64,000 nt of DNA, from NCBI GenBank assembly GCA_000473305.1, contig CP006772.1, forward strand, positions 2,237,805 to 2,301,804, written 5' to 3'. This DNA comes from Bacteroidales bacterium CF (lineage in GTDB: Bacteria; Bacteroidota; Bacteroidia; Bacteroidales; UBA932). The translations under genes were made by a program, and so were the position numbers. Shown piece after piece: positions 48,261-58,578 of the stretch. Numbering within the stretch: position 1 is the first letter of the stretch; each line of letters begins with the position of its first letter. The notes under the pieces were generated by a model. The model searched no databases. It was not told where the DNA came from and saw only the letters and a list, made by a program, of their open reading frames with translations.

Positions 48261-48959
48261 TTATTCAATTTGAATTTTCAAATCGTCAAAGTAAGTAACC
48301 GCATCCGCTTTTGTCCAAAAACCCACTTTGCCGGCATTAGTAAAAGTTTTGTCCTGCACTTTAAAAATCTCTTTTCCGTTAAGAAATACCGTAAACAAAT
48401 CGTCTTTCACCAACAATTTCAAAGTATTCCATCCTGTACCCAACGATGGTACATCCACGCCATAGGTCTTTCCTTTACCCACCAATGGCAGGTCGGTGCG
48501 TTTGCCATTCTCCACTTTATACAATACTACATTGTCTTCAAGCGGATTGGCACGCACCACATAATAGTTGTTTTTATCCGTAAATCGCCAAACAAAGCCG
48601 CCCCCTTGGTCGTGATTGCCTTTAACACCTTTTAGCCGAACAGTGAGTTCTATGTCTTTGGCTGAAATTTCATCGTTAACAATTACATTAAAATGGCCGT
48701 TGGGATTGTCGCTGTACAGTTGGCCCAATACTTTATTTCCCTGGTCATCCAATACTTTCCAATCGGTACTGCCTTGTCCGGTATAGAATTGAGACCAACC
48801 CGAAGGTAATTCTCCCGGTAATCCATTTTCAAAGCTGATAAGGGTGTCTTTAACTGTATTGGTAATAGAAGTTGGATTTTCAACAGTTTTATTCTTTGGA
48901 GTATTGCTATAAGCCATAATGCAGATAAGTGCAAAAAAAACAATCATTGGTGTTTTCAT
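48261..48959 (-). CDS. DUF1080-like (LamG/jelly-roll) secreted protein
   Basis: 232 aa with a signal peptide. ..GGGFVWRFTDKNNYYVVRAN..LKLLVKDDLFTVFLNGKEIFKV..GKVGFWTKADAVTYFDDLKI is typical of DUF1080. Confidence 0.5.
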   Translation of the reverse strand: MKTPMIVFFALICIMAYSNTPKNKTVENPTSITNTVKDTLISFENGLPGELPSGWSQFYTGQGSTDWKVLDDQGNKVLGQLYSDNPNGHFNVIVNDEISAKDIELTVRLKGVKGNHDQGGGFVWRFTDKNNYYVVRANPLEDNVVLYKVENGKRTDLPLVGKGKTYGVDVPSLGTGWNTLKLLVKDDLFTVFLNGKEIFKVQDKTFTNAGKVGFWTKADAVTYFDDLKIQIE

Positions 48960-48960
48960 A

Positions 48961-51375
48961 TCATTCGTTTTTAAATTTATTTTCTAAGAGTTTTTCTTTA
49001 AATTCTGACTTAAAGGTATAAGCAAAAATCAGCATAACTGCCCTTGTATCTACTTTCCGATAGTGTGTATATTCAAAATTGCTGCCAGAAACAGTAGATT
49101 CACTGCGCTGTGTATCAAATATATCGGTTACTGTCAAAGCCAAACGCCCCTGACCTTTTAAGATTTTTTGCTGAAACCCAAGGTCAATAAAATAAACTTC
49201 CTTTATAATGCCTTGTGGAATGACAATGGGCGATGTATAATTAGTTGTGATTTGAAACCTGCCGTTTTTCCAAACATCAAAATTGTTGATGAATTTAGCG
49301 TATCCTGACAACAAATTTTCCGGGGCATTTTGCAATTTGGCACTTGGTTCAATTCTTTGTTCGTATATTGATGCATCAAGATTTATTTTCCAAAAATTAA
49401 TCGGGTTATAAGTAAAAAAAGCTTCTGCCCCATAAGTGTAAGAATTGCCAAAATTTTCAGGCCTTGTGGTGCTGACCCCGTTATTGTCGATAGTGGTATA
49501 AGGGAAAATACTGTTGCTCGTCAGGCGGTAAAACAAGGAAGTCGTAAGGCTTGCCTTTTTAAAGGTTTGATTTTGTGTTAATTCAAATGAGTGTGAAATC
49601 TCAGGCTGAATATCGGGATTGCCCGACCAAACGTTCAGCGAATCGGTAATATCAATAAAGGGACTGTAATCACCGATAGAGGGTCTGTTTATTCGCTTGC
49701 TGTAAGCAAGTTTGAACGAATTTCTTTTGGGTGTGTAATAAATTAACGATGCCGATGGATAAAGTTGAAAATAGTTATTAGAAAAATTGTACGAAGACTG
49801 AACATTATCGCCTGTATTCAAAACCTGTTCAGGTCTGATGCCGAAGTGATATTTCAATTTCGGCTCTTGTTGTGTACCTGTCCAACCTGTGTATTGCAGA
49901 TAAAGAGCATGAATTTGTTCGTTGAATTTAAAAATATCGGTGTGAGATAAGTCGGTTATAAAACTGCCGTTTTGTTGGTTTGAACGAAGATAATCATCAT
50001 TGATAAACCTAAGCGTGGTTTTATAACCGGTTTCAAATAATCCTGATTCTTTTATCGGATGCAAATAGTTTATCGAGAAATTAGTCAGGTTGGCATCTTC
50101 GTAAAAATGTGTTTTCTGTAAAAACGGGCTGCCTATCTCTGCGTTTTCCTCCGATAAGCTTTGAGTAGAGATGTCGGTGTTTTCCCTGTTGTATTCAATG
50201 GCAGAATTTGCATCTATGGAAAGTACCCTGTTCTGAATGAAATTTCTCGTATAATTGAACAAGAGTTCGCCAGTTTGGAAACGTCTTATTTCGTTTGAAA
50301 ATCGGCTGTTACGGCTTGTAAAGTCATGCAATGATGTTTCTGTGGTGCTAACAATGGTTTCATAATTATCTTGTCCTTCAAAAAGCCAAATCCCTTCCAA
50401 TTTAAAACTGTTTTTAGAATTTGGGGTATAGCCCACATTAAACCGTGCCGTTTGGGTTTGTATGGTACGTTCGTCTTCCCGTGGCTGTGATAGAAAATGG
50501 TTATCGTCAGAATCGTATTGAACACGCTGTTTGTTTACCGTGCGTGTTCTGGTAGTAAACCAATTGTCGTAAGCCAGGCCTAAATCCCATTTGTTTGTAT
50601 TATGATTAAAAAGGAAGGAGCCATTTAAGCGATAGCGTGCTCCAAAACCGCCTCCTAAAGCTGCCGCTCCGTTTGTGCCAAGGTTTGTATTATTTTTAAG
50701 TACAATGTTTATAATTCCACTTTCGGCATCGGCATCGTATTTTGCAGAAGGATTTGTAAGAATTTCGATACGCTCGATGGTACTTGCCGGGATTTGTTCC
50801 AAATTTGTAACTCTGTCCACTCCACCAATAGCCGAAACCCTGCCGTTTATCATTATCAAGGGGGTTTTTCCACGCATAGTTAAATTTCCTTCCATATCAA
50901 CCTGAACCCCGGGCATATTTTTCATTAAGTCGGCTGCCGTACCGCCAATTTGTGTCAAATTTTCCGATGCGTTCACCACAATTCCCTCATCTGTTCTCTG
51001 AATCAGGTTGCGAAAAGCTGTTATTTCAATAGCGTTCAATGCGATTGCATCCTGTTTCATTATAATGGTTCCCAAATCTATATTTTTGCTTACATCGTCA
51101 AGTATTACTGTTTGTTGATGATTTAAGAATCCGATAAACCGAAACTGAATAAAATATTTACCAAGGGGGACATTCGTTAAATCAAAACTGCCCGTATTGT
51201 CTGTAACCGTTCCGTTAACGATAGTCGTTGAATCGTTAACGGAAGTAAGAAAAACATTGACAAATTCAACAATATTGTTTTCGCTGTCTAATACTTTGCC
51301 TGATATGCTTCCTGATTTTTGCCCAAAAGCCAATACATGTATTAACAGCATTAGTGTAATTAATCCATATCTCAT
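48961..51375 (-). CDS. TonB-dependent outer-membrane receptor (SusC-like, with CarboxypepD_reg N-domain)
   Basis: 804 aa with a signal peptide, an N-terminal carboxypeptidase-regulatory-like domain, plug and barrel, and a C-terminal aromatic residue. Confidence 0.85.
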   Translation of the reverse strand: MRYGLITLMLLIHVLAFGQKSGSISGKVLDSENNIVEFVNVFLTSVNDSTTIVNGTVTDNTGSFDLTNVPLGKYFIQFRFIGFLNHQQTVILDDVSKNIDLGTIIMKQDAIALNAIEITAFRNLIQRTDEGIVVNASENLTQIGGTAADLMKNMPGVQVDMEGNLTMRGKTPLIMINGRVSAIGGVDRVTNLEQIPASTIERIEILTNPSAKYDADAESGIINIVLKNNTNLGTNGAAALGGGFGARYRLNGSFLFNHNTNKWDLGLAYDNWFTTRTRTVNKQRVQYDSDDNHFLSQPREDERTIQTQTARFNVGYTPNSKNSFKLEGIWLFEGQDNYETIVSTTETSLHDFTSRNSRFSNEIRRFQTGELLFNYTRNFIQNRVLSIDANSAIEYNRENTDISTQSLSEENAEIGSPFLQKTHFYEDANLTNFSINYLHPIKESGLFETGYKTTLRFINDDYLRSNQQNGSFITDLSHTDIFKFNEQIHALYLQYTGWTGTQQEPKLKYHFGIRPEQVLNTGDNVQSSYNFSNNYFQLYPSASLIYYTPKRNSFKLAYSKRINRPSIGDYSPFIDITDSLNVWSGNPDIQPEISHSFELTQNQTFKKASLTTSLFYRLTSNSIFPYTTIDNNGVSTTRPENFGNSYTYGAEAFFTYNPINFWKINLDASIYEQRIEPSAKLQNAPENLLSGYAKFINNFDVWKNGRFQITTNYTSPIVIPQGIIKEVYFIDLGFQQKILKGQGRLALTVTDIFDTQRSESTVSGSNFEYTHYRKVDTRAVMLIFAYTFKSEFKEKLLENKFKNE

Positions 51376-51385
51376 AAATCAACAA

Positions 51386-52363
51386 TTATTTTGTATTTGC
51401 CACCCACAAACGTTTTGGGTTTTTCCCAACCGGAATAGTCGCCACCACTTTCCAATTTGCAACATCAATAATACTGGCATCATTTGATGAAGTGTTGCTT
51501 ACAACTGCAAATTTACCGTCAGAAGTTAGTTCTATCCAGTTTGGGTTTTTGCCGGCTGTAATATTTTTCAGGATTTTATCCGATGCTACATCAATAGCCG
51601 TTACATCGTTAGTAAACTGGCTCGTCAGGTAAACGGTTTTGCCGTCAGGAGCTACAGAAAGTCCGTGGGCTGCTTTCCCTTCGTTATCAAATTTGTCCGA
51701 TTGCGGTAAAAGAACCTGGGCTATGATTTTGTTTTGCTCCGCATCAATTTTTACCTGTCCGTGAAACCAGCGAATGGTCAGATAAATATATTTTCCGTCA
51801 GGTGTAGCGGTCATCACTCTCGGAAATCCGAAAGTTGGAATTTCTGCTACGACTTTCATGCTGTCCAGATTCACTTTTACGATTTTATTGTCTCCTTCGG
51901 AAGTTACCCAAGCTGTTTTCCCATCTGACATAGGCAATACAATGTGTGGGTTTTTGCCAACGGGAATTGAATTGACCAACTTCCAATTAGCGGTTGAAAT
52001 CACATCAACCTTATGTTCTCCGTTGATGGCGGTTAAAACATACTTACCGTCAATGCTGAAACTTAACTGGTGAGGTGTCTTACCAACGGAAATGGTCTGT
52101 TTTACTTTATTGTCGGCGGCACTAATAATAGAAACTGTATTATCGCCTTCATTGCTTACGGCAATCCAATTTCCGTCAGGTGAAACGGCTACCCCATGCG
52201 GCTTGCTCCCTGTAGTAATATCGGCAATTTTTTGATTTTTCTGAATGTCAATAACAGAAATAAAGTCGCTGCCATAGTTGGTAATGTAAGCTTTTGGCGT
52301 TTGAGCAAAAAGCACTGTACTAATTAGTGTTATTGCTGTTGTCAAGATTATTTTGCTGTTCAT
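51386..52363 (-). CDS. YVTN-family beta-propeller repeat protein
   Basis: 325 aa with a signal peptide and repeated ..S.DGK..YV.N...S.IDV.. units. Confidence 0.7.
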   Translation of the reverse strand: MNSKIILTTAITLISTVLFAQTPKAYITNYGSDFISVIDIQKNQKIADITTGSKPHGVAVSPDGNWIAVSNEGDNTVSIISAADNKVKQTISVGKTPHQLSFSIDGKYVLTAINGEHKVDVISTANWKLVNSIPVGKNPHIVLPMSDGKTAWVTSEGDNKIVKVNLDSMKVVAEIPTFGFPRVMTATPDGKYIYLTIRWFHGQVKIDAEQNKIIAQVLLPQSDKFDNEGKAAHGLSVAPDGKTVYLTSQFTNDVTAIDVASDKILKNITAGKNPNWIELTSDGKFAVVSNTSSNDASIIDVANWKVVATIPVGKNPKRLWVANTK

Positions 52364-52437
52364 TTTTCAATAGTTTTAAATGATTTACCTTACAAAGGAA
52401 ACCATTGAATCTGTAGAAAAATGGGAATCGGAACTGT

Positions 52438-53721
52438 TTATTGAAAATTCACTTCGAAGATATGCAAGGCTCCATCACTTCGGTAACAAAGTTCCCAACC
52501 GCTGGTATCTGCAATTTTTTTAGCTATGGACAATCCGAGACCCCACGAATCAGGATTTCCCGATTGCTTATAAAAACGGTTAAACAATTTTTCTTTATCC
52601 AACATTGAGCCTTCTTCATCTTTTTTGTGGCCTGAATTGGAAATAGTAAGCTGCTTTTCTCCTACATAAATGGTTAGTATGCCATTTTCTGTATTATGCA
52701 AAAAAGCATTTTTAAGCAGGTTCTGAATAAGAATTTCCGTGAGCATGATATTGCCCTGTACTGTCAGTTGGGTTTCTGATTTAATCGTTACTGAAATATT
52801 AAGTTTTGATTTCTGTTCTTCATAATATTCCATTGACTGCCGTATAATCTGATTTACATCAACCTGGTCAGTTAACAGGAACTGACGATTTTCAATTTTC
52901 GATAGTAAAAGAAGGGTTTTATTTAGTTTTTTTAAACGTTGGGTGGAGCTTATAAGTCCTTCCACAATCTCTGCCTGCTCTTTTGTCAACTCTGCCCGCC
53001 CTATTAGGGCTTCCAGTCGTGACTGCATTACGGCAAGTGGTGTTTGCATTTCATGGGAGGCATTTTCAATAAATTGTTTTTGACTGGTAAATACTTCCAT
53101 ATTTTTCAAAACCAATTCATTAATGGACTCATTAAGCATCTTAAATTCTTCAATCTGAGAAGATGATAACTCTGGAAGCTGCTGCTTGTCGAGGCGAAAA
53201 CCACGAAGTTTTTCCAACATATCGTAGAATGGTTTCCAAATTTTTCGTGAAATTATTCGCTGTGATAAATAAAAAGAGAGTGATAGCCCGGTAAGCAAAA
53301 TTCCAAGAAAAAAGGCAATTGTGCCTAACATTTCATCGGCTTCAAGATGCGGTGCTAAAATCTCCAATTTGTAATATTGGTTATGGATTTCTACAAAAGT
53401 GTTTAATTTCCTGTATTCATCGAGTTCATCATCTACAGGTTCATAAATTAGCGTATCTGTATAGTTTTCTTTGCTTTTTTGGAAAGTTGCAGCATCTATG
53501 GCATAAAAAGTAAAATCGTCCAGCGGGTTATCACCTTGAAATGGAGCTTCAGGATTGGTTTTGAGGTATGCAAGCAGGTTAATTTTTCTATTATGCAACA
53601 CCTCGTCCACATTCCGAAGTACATCCCAGTTAAGCACTACGTAAAACAGAATGGAAAAAATTCCAAACAGAATCATGAAATAACGCAACTGAATCCGTGA
53701 GGTGTAGGTAAGTAGCTTCAT
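52438..53721 (-). CDS. sensor histidine kinase
   Basis: 427 aa with two TM helices, a HisKA H-box (ASHEMQTPL) and a HATPase_c domain. Confidence 0.85.
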   Translation of the reverse strand: MKLLTYTSRIQLRYFMILFGIFSILFYVVLNWDVLRNVDEVLHNRKINLLAYLKTNPEAPFQGDNPLDDFTFYAIDAATFQKSKENYTDTLIYEPVDDELDEYRKLNTFVEIHNQYYKLEILAPHLEADEMLGTIAFFLGILLTGLSLSFYLSQRIISRKIWKPFYDMLEKLRGFRLDKQQLPELSSSQIEEFKMLNESINELVLKNMEVFTSQKQFIENASHEMQTPLAVMQSRLEALIGRAELTKEQAEIVEGLISSTQRLKKLNKTLLLLSKIENRQFLLTDQVDVNQIIRQSMEYYEEQKSKLNISVTIKSETQLTVQGNIMLTEILIQNLLKNAFLHNTENGILTIYVGEKQLTISNSGHKKDEEGSMLDKEKLFNRFYKQSGNPDSWGLGLSIAKKIADTSGWELCYRSDGALHIFEVNFQ

Positions 53722-54401
53722 CGTGCTTTTATTTGATAACCTATTCCATAAACATTGTTAATTTCTACGTCTGCCCCGGCTTCTTTCAGCTTACGTTTTA
53801 AGTTCCTTATCTGTGAGAAAAGGAAATCGAAACTTTGGGCTTCATCCACATAATCTCCCCAGATATATTCTGCCAGTGATACCTTGGAAAGAACCCGTTT
53901 ATGATTATTAATGAGATAGCTAAGTAAAGCGAATTCTTTTTTAGTAAATGAAATGGGGTTATCAAGGTTGCTTACACCAATGAGGTGTTGGTCTGGTTCA
54001 ATAATCAGGTTAGAAAAGTGTACGATTTTGTTTGTCTTAAATTGCTTTCTACGGATAATGGCTTTAATTCTGGCATTTAGCTCAGAGAAATAGAATGGTT
54101 TGGTAAGGTAATCGTCGGCACCCAGTCCAAGCCCTTTTAGTTTATCATCTAATGAATCACGTGCTGAAAGTATTATGACCCCATTTGTCTTGCCTTCTTT
54201 ATGCAGGGCTTCAAGTATATCGAAACCATTTCCGTCAGGAAGGTTAATATCAAGTACAATGCAATCGTAGTCGTAAAGAGCGATGCGTTCAGCAGCAGAA
54301 CAAAATCCTTGGGAAGAATCATACAGGTATCCCTCTTTGGATGCAAAATCTTCCAAACTTTTTAATAATTGCGGTTCGTCTTCTACGATAAGTAATTTCA
54401 T
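53718..54401 (-). CDS. OmpR-family response regulator
   Basis: 227 aa with a receiver domain (LIVEDEP...D..LDINLPDG) and a winged-helix output domain. Confidence 0.9.
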   Translation of the reverse strand: MKLLIVEDEPQLLKSLEDFASKEGYLYDSSQGFCSAAERIALYDYDCIVLDINLPDGNGFDILEALHKEGKTNGVIILSARDSLDDKLKGLGLGADDYLTKPFYFSELNARIKAIIRRKQFKTNKIVHFSNLIIEPDQHLIGVSNLDNPISFTKKEFALLSYLINNHKRVLSKVSLAEYIWGDYVDEAQSFDFLFSQIRNLKRKLKEAGADVEINNVYGIGYQIKAR

Positions 54402-54496
54402 AAATACAAATTAAGGGATAAATTCTGTAGAAACATTGGAGATATTTTATGCCTGATAATATTCTCTAAAATGTCCGAGGGTTCCTGGTGGTAGGC

Positions 54497-54560
54497 TGCA
54501 CTCTTTGACAAAGCTTTGGTTTCAGCGTTGGCTCGTGGGGCTTTGGCAATGTGTGCAATG
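54497..54560 (+). repeat. bracket motif copy M6 (5' side of the TonB/TCS cassette)
   Basis: GCACTCTTTGACAAAGCTTTGGTTTCAGCGTTGGCTCGTGGGGCTTTGGCAATGTGTGCAATG. Confidence 0.6.
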
Positions 54561-54745
54561 TGGGTGGGGTTTTATTCTTTTTTGCGGGTGGGAAGAAAAA
54601 AACAAAATAAATTTGGCTCCGCCGAGCTCCACTTCGTTCCGGTTCCATCAAATTTGCACTGTCCTGTCAAAAAGCTAAATCTTTTCTTTCGTTATTATTT
54701 GTCACTATTGTATCTGTCTGGTCGTCTGTCTTTTTACACTTGTTG

Positions 54746-54993
54746 CCAACGTCTCGGCGGCTAAGCCCGTTTTAATGGGCGGTGACGCCTGTTATGGGTC
54801 GGTTGCGCCGTCGGTTGTCTGTTTTATTTATATCCTGTCTATTTCTATACTCTTTATTCCCTCTATTAATTCTCGTCAACTATGCTGCCTCTCTCCTCTT
54901 GCGAATATCCTATAATTCAATTGCTCTTAGTCAAATACTTTAAACCCGATCTTAGCTCATTTCCTCTGCCTTATTGGCTTTCGCAACTGACCC
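54746..54993 (-). repeat. non-coding cassette type 2, divergent copy (attC-B-like 54746-54807 + NC2-like body)
   Basis: CCAACG|TCTCGGCGGCTAAGCCCGTTTTAATGGGCGGTGACGCCTGTTATGGGTCGGTTGCG. The body is about 80% similar to NC2. Confidence 0.6.
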
Positions 54994-55112
54994 ATAACGG
55001 TTGCGTGTATGAAACGTTGGGGATTGCGGGCTTCGTTCCTATCCGCCGACACAAACGCAGATGCGGGGCAGAATACCTGGTTTAACCACTTAAACCCCAA
55101 TGTTTTATACAC
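54994..55112 (-). other. attC-like site (about 119 bp)
   Basis: CCCATAACGG|TTGCGTGTATGAAACGTTGGGG...CCCCAATGTTTTATACAC. Confidence 0.7.
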
Positions 55113-55449
55113 GATGTTGTGTGCTGCCATTTTTGTTTATAAATCTGTTTATCATATATCCTTGGGTCCCGCCTAATATTATTGTCATTATCGAAATTGG
55201 TAGTAATGAAACTGGTTCTTTCCAGCCAATCAGAATAGCACTTGGTAATAAGACAAGATATGCTATCAGAATGCCTTTTATTATCGAATTTATTTTTAAT
55301 TCTGTCCTTGCTGTTAAGAATCCAACTATTATCCACATTGTCAAGGCTGAAAGATTGGCGTCCCAAGTCAAATTCATAACTATCATCGGTATTATGTCTA
55401 TCAATCCGGCAGATAATCCAACAATTAATCCTATTATGCTCTTTTTCAT
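55105..55449 (-). CDS. hypothetical small membrane protein (3-4 TM)
   Basis: 114-aa hydrophobic ORF. Confidence 0.45.
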   Translation of the reverse strand: MKKSIIGLIVGLSAGLIDIIPMIVMNLTWDANLSALTMWIIVGFLTARTELKINSIIKGILIAYLVLLPSAILIGWKEPVSLLPISIMTIILGGTQGYMINRFINKNGSTQHRV

Positions 55450-55461
55450 ATCACTTTTTTA

Positions 55462-55677
55462 TTATCCACAACAATTACATTTACCGCTTACCTGTATCGG
55501 CGGACATTTTACACTCCCATATGAGCAATAAACACAACAATCACCTGTTTTTGGTTTAAGTATCTGTTTGCAATTTGAACATTCGTAAAAAAATTGGCAG
55601 GCATCTGTCGGCATTGTCTCAGTTTTGCTGAATCCACAATATGGACAAGTTATCGTTGATTGTAATTCAATTTTCAT
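55462..55677 (-). CDS. small cysteine-rich protein (zinc-ribbon / putative metal-binding)
   Basis: 71 aa with CPYCG..CSNC..GDCCVYCSYGSVKCPP..CNCCG. Confidence 0.5.
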   Translation of the reverse strand: MKIELQSTITCPYCGFSKTETMPTDACQFFYECSNCKQILKPKTGDCCVYCSYGSVKCPPIQVSGKCNCCG

Positions 55678-55795
55678 ATTTTTTTGTTCTAAATCATTTT
55701 TTACAAATTTCAGCCATTTGTTTTGAAATCAATACAATTTCGTTTCATTTTTTTGTTATTCAAATAGTCTAATGTCGTCTGTTTTATGGTTGCAC

Positions 55796-56171
55796 ACAAC
55801 GGTTTCGGGTGTAGTTCGGCCACCCTGTCCTCTTGCAAACCCATTGCCTCCGGTGGCTGAACTATACCTGGTGTTATAACCAGCTTCGATTTCAGCACAA
55901 GATCAAATCGCCTTTGGCTCATGGTTTTGCCTTATAAAGATAAAAACTTTATTTATTTAGTTGAACACAGATTATCCTAAAAATCAACGAACAAACCCAA
56001 TATTTACACTAAGGGTTAAATCAGATCCGGAGTGGATCGCAAAACCTGTGACAAAGGCGCGGTAATATTATTGAAAATAGAAAAGAGACTGCCACACTTA
56101 AATACACCCTCTTAAAGCAAAAAACAAATAATCGGCACACATTTCAGCCTTTACAACTTTTCTTTAGTTGG
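55796..56171 (-). repeat. non-coding cassette type 1 (attC-A + NC1)
   Basis: attC-A 55796-55880, NC1 55881-56171. Confidence 0.7.
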
Positions 56172-56173
56172 TT

Positions 56174-56292
56174 ATAACGGTTACGTATATGAAACGTTTG
56201 GCATTTCGAAGCACTTTCCTGTCAAGTTACAACTACTTTTGATACGAGCTGAAACGTTCGATAACACACTGACTGCCAAATGTTTAATATAC
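56174..56292 (-). other. attC-like site (about 119 bp)
   Basis: TTATAACGG|TTACGTATATGAAACGTTTGGCA...TGCCAAATGTTTAATATAC. Confidence 0.7.
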
Positions 56293-56328
56293 GATGTTAG
56301 CGGTTCGGCTTTTATTTCTATCATCATT

Positions 56329-57246
56329 TTATTCCTCTCCAAAATAATCACTGTCAAGTTTTTTCAGTTCGTATGTCTGTTGGGTTGTACAACCCAAACT
56401 ATAATCAATCATAAGTTGAGCCAATTGTTCTCCGTCAATTAATACAATTTTGGTTTCGTTTCTTGGTGTGTAATCCAATGCTTCTTTTGTGAAATTTGAA
56501 GTTGTTATAAAAATTCCTTTTTTCGCACCTTGTCCTGCAAGTGCTCCAACAAATTTTTGAATCTCAGGTCTGCCTACTACATTCCCAGTTTTCCAGCGTT
56601 TTGCTTGAATGTAAATTATATCAAGTCCGAGTTTATCTTCTTTAATTGTTCCGTCAATTCCTTCGTCACCACTTTTTCCCATTGCTTTGCCAGCATCTTT
56701 AATAGAACCACCGTATCCCATTTTAACTAACAATTCGACTACAAGTCTTTCAAAAAATGCAGGTGAAAGTTCAATAACTTTGTTTAGTAATTCAGATGCT
56801 AATGATTTTCTGATTCTCTGGTAAGCTTTATCAAGATTCTCCTCTGGTGTCTGTTCGTGAATTTCTATTGTAGCAATTTCTTCTTCTGTTTCGTTTTCAT
56901 TACGCGAAGCATTTTGAAATTCTAAAAATGCAGGGAATTGTCTTAAATATTTCGCATCAATTCGGTCAGGATTTTTTGAAAGTGTCTGTCTGCCAAGGTC
57001 TGTAATTACAAAAGTCGCACGCTTCGGCGAGTCAAGAAGTCCAGCTTTTTTTAAATATGTTTTTGCCCAACCAACTCTGTTGTCAAAAATAGCTTGATTA
57101 CCGCTTGCTAAAAGCTCTTTCCTTTCTTCGTCTGTAACTTCAAACTTAATCGCTAAATTTTCAATTATGTCTCTGTATTTATGCTCTTGTCCGTCCGAAA
57201 CGAGTTTCAGTAATGGAAGCATTAATGTTTGGTAATCTGGTATCAT
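56329..57246 (-). CDS. Mrr-family restriction endonuclease
   Basis: Mrr_N winged helix (MIPDYQTLMLPLLKLVSDG..) plus the Mrr_cat PD-(D/E)xK core (..DIIYIQAKRWKTGNVVGRPEIQKFVGAL..). The listed ORF start at 57351 is probably too long. A start at the MIPDY Met (57246) avoids overlap with the upstream gene. Confidence 0.7.
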   Translation of the reverse strand: MIPDYQTLMLPLLKLVSDGQEHKYRDIIENLAIKFEVTDEERKELLASGNQAIFDNRVGWAKTYLKKAGLLDSPKRATFVITDLGRQTLSKNPDRIDAKYLRQFPAFLEFQNASRNENETEEEIATIEIHEQTPEENLDKAYQRIRKSLASELLNKVIELSPAFFERLVVELLVKMGYGGSIKDAGKAMGKSGDEGIDGTIKEDKLGLDIIYIQAKRWKTGNVVGRPEIQKFVGALAGQGAKKGIFITTSNFTKEALDYTPRNETKIVLIDGEQLAQLMIDYSLGCTTQQTYELKKLDSDYFGEE

Positions 57247-57253
57247 AGTAATC

Positions 57254-57799
57254 TTATATTTCGTTTTTAAGTCGGTATGGAAATTCATTTTTACATTTAT
57301 CCCAAAATTCTTTACCGTCAATTTCTGATAAATGTTTTTTAAAAAAGTCAAGAGTTTCTTGTTCCATGTGTTTTACTGAACTATTAAATACTTCCCAAAA
57401 TTCAATTCTTGGAGTTGATTGTTTCTTTAGCTCGTCTCTTGAATAGTTAAAGGCAGCAAAAATATCGCTTGGATTAAAATTTGTTTGGTCTGTTGATGGA
57501 CTATTTCCAACAAATTTAGGATATAGTGTCAGACTGCGAAATTTATTATAATGAGTTTGAAAATGTGAATAACACACTTGGTCAACAAGTACAGTAAAAT
57601 ATAAAGCTGTCCCAAAAAAAGCTTTTTCGTAAATATCCAAAAAATCCAAATAGTTAAAGTCTTTCGTTAATGCTTGATATTGAATTGTGAAGATGGTTTT
57701 ATCACCAAAAGTATGTTTACTCCTGTCAGGTATTATCGAAAAAAATCGAAGTATATCCTGTCGAAACTTATGATTATAATATGTTGCAAAATCTGTCAT
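57254..57799 (-). CDS. hypothetical protein
   Basis: 181-aa ORF upstream of mrr in the same cassette. Confidence 0.45.
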   Translation of the reverse strand: MTDFATYYNHKFRQDILRFFSIIPDRSKHTFGDKTIFTIQYQALTKDFNYLDFLDIYEKAFFGTALYFTVLVDQVCYSHFQTHYNKFRSLTLYPKFVGNSPSTDQTNFNPSDIFAAFNYSRDELKKQSTPRIEFWEVFNSSVKHMEQETLDFFKKHLSEIDGKEFWDKCKNEFPYRLKNEI

Positions 57800-57823
57800 T
57801 GTTGTCTTTTTTTAAGCTGACCG

Positions 57824-58202
57824 CTAACGGACCGCGGGTATAGTACGGCCACCCTGTCCTCTTGCAAACCCATTGCCTCCGGTGGCTGAACTATACCTGG
57901 TGTTATAACCAGCTTCGATTTCAGCACAAGTTCAAATCGCCTTTGGCTCACGGTTTTGCCTTATAAAGATAGAAACTTTATTTATTTAGTTGAACACAGA
58001 TTATCCTAAATATCAACGAACAAACCCAATATTTACACTAAGGGTTAAATCAGATCCGGAGTGGATTGCAAAACCTGTGACAAAGGCGCGGTAATATTAT
58101 TGAAAATAGAAAAGAGACTTCTAGACTTAAATACACCCTCTTAAAGCAAAAATCAGACAGCCAGCACACACTTCAGCCTTTACAACTTTTCTTTAGTTGG
58201 TT
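57824..58202 (-). repeat. non-coding cassette type 1 (attC-A + NC1)
   Basis: attC-A 57824-57909, NC1 57910-58202. Confidence 0.7.
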
Positions 58203-58578
58203 ATAACGGTTTCGGGTGTAGTTCGGCCACCCTGTCCTCTTGCAAACCCATTGCCTCCGGTGGCTGAACTATACCTGGTGTTATAACCAGCTTCGATTTC
58301 AGTACAAGATCAAATCGCCTTTGGCTCATGGTTTTGCCTTATAAAGATAGAAACTTTATTTATTAAGTTGAACACAGATTGTCCTAAAAATCAACGAACA
58401 AACCCAATATTTACACTAAGGGTTAAATCAGATCCGAATTGAATCGCAAAACCTGTGACAAAGGCGCGGTAATATTATTGAAAATAGAAAAGAGACTCCT
58501 ACACTTAAATACACTCTCTTAAAGCAAAAATCAGATAATCGGCACACACTTCAGCTCTTACAACTTTTCTTTAGTTGG
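58203..58578 (-). repeat. non-coding cassette type 1 (attC-A + NC1), tandem second copy
   Basis: attC-A 58203-58286, NC1 58287-58578. Direct tandem duplication with the preceding cassette. Confidence 0.7.
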
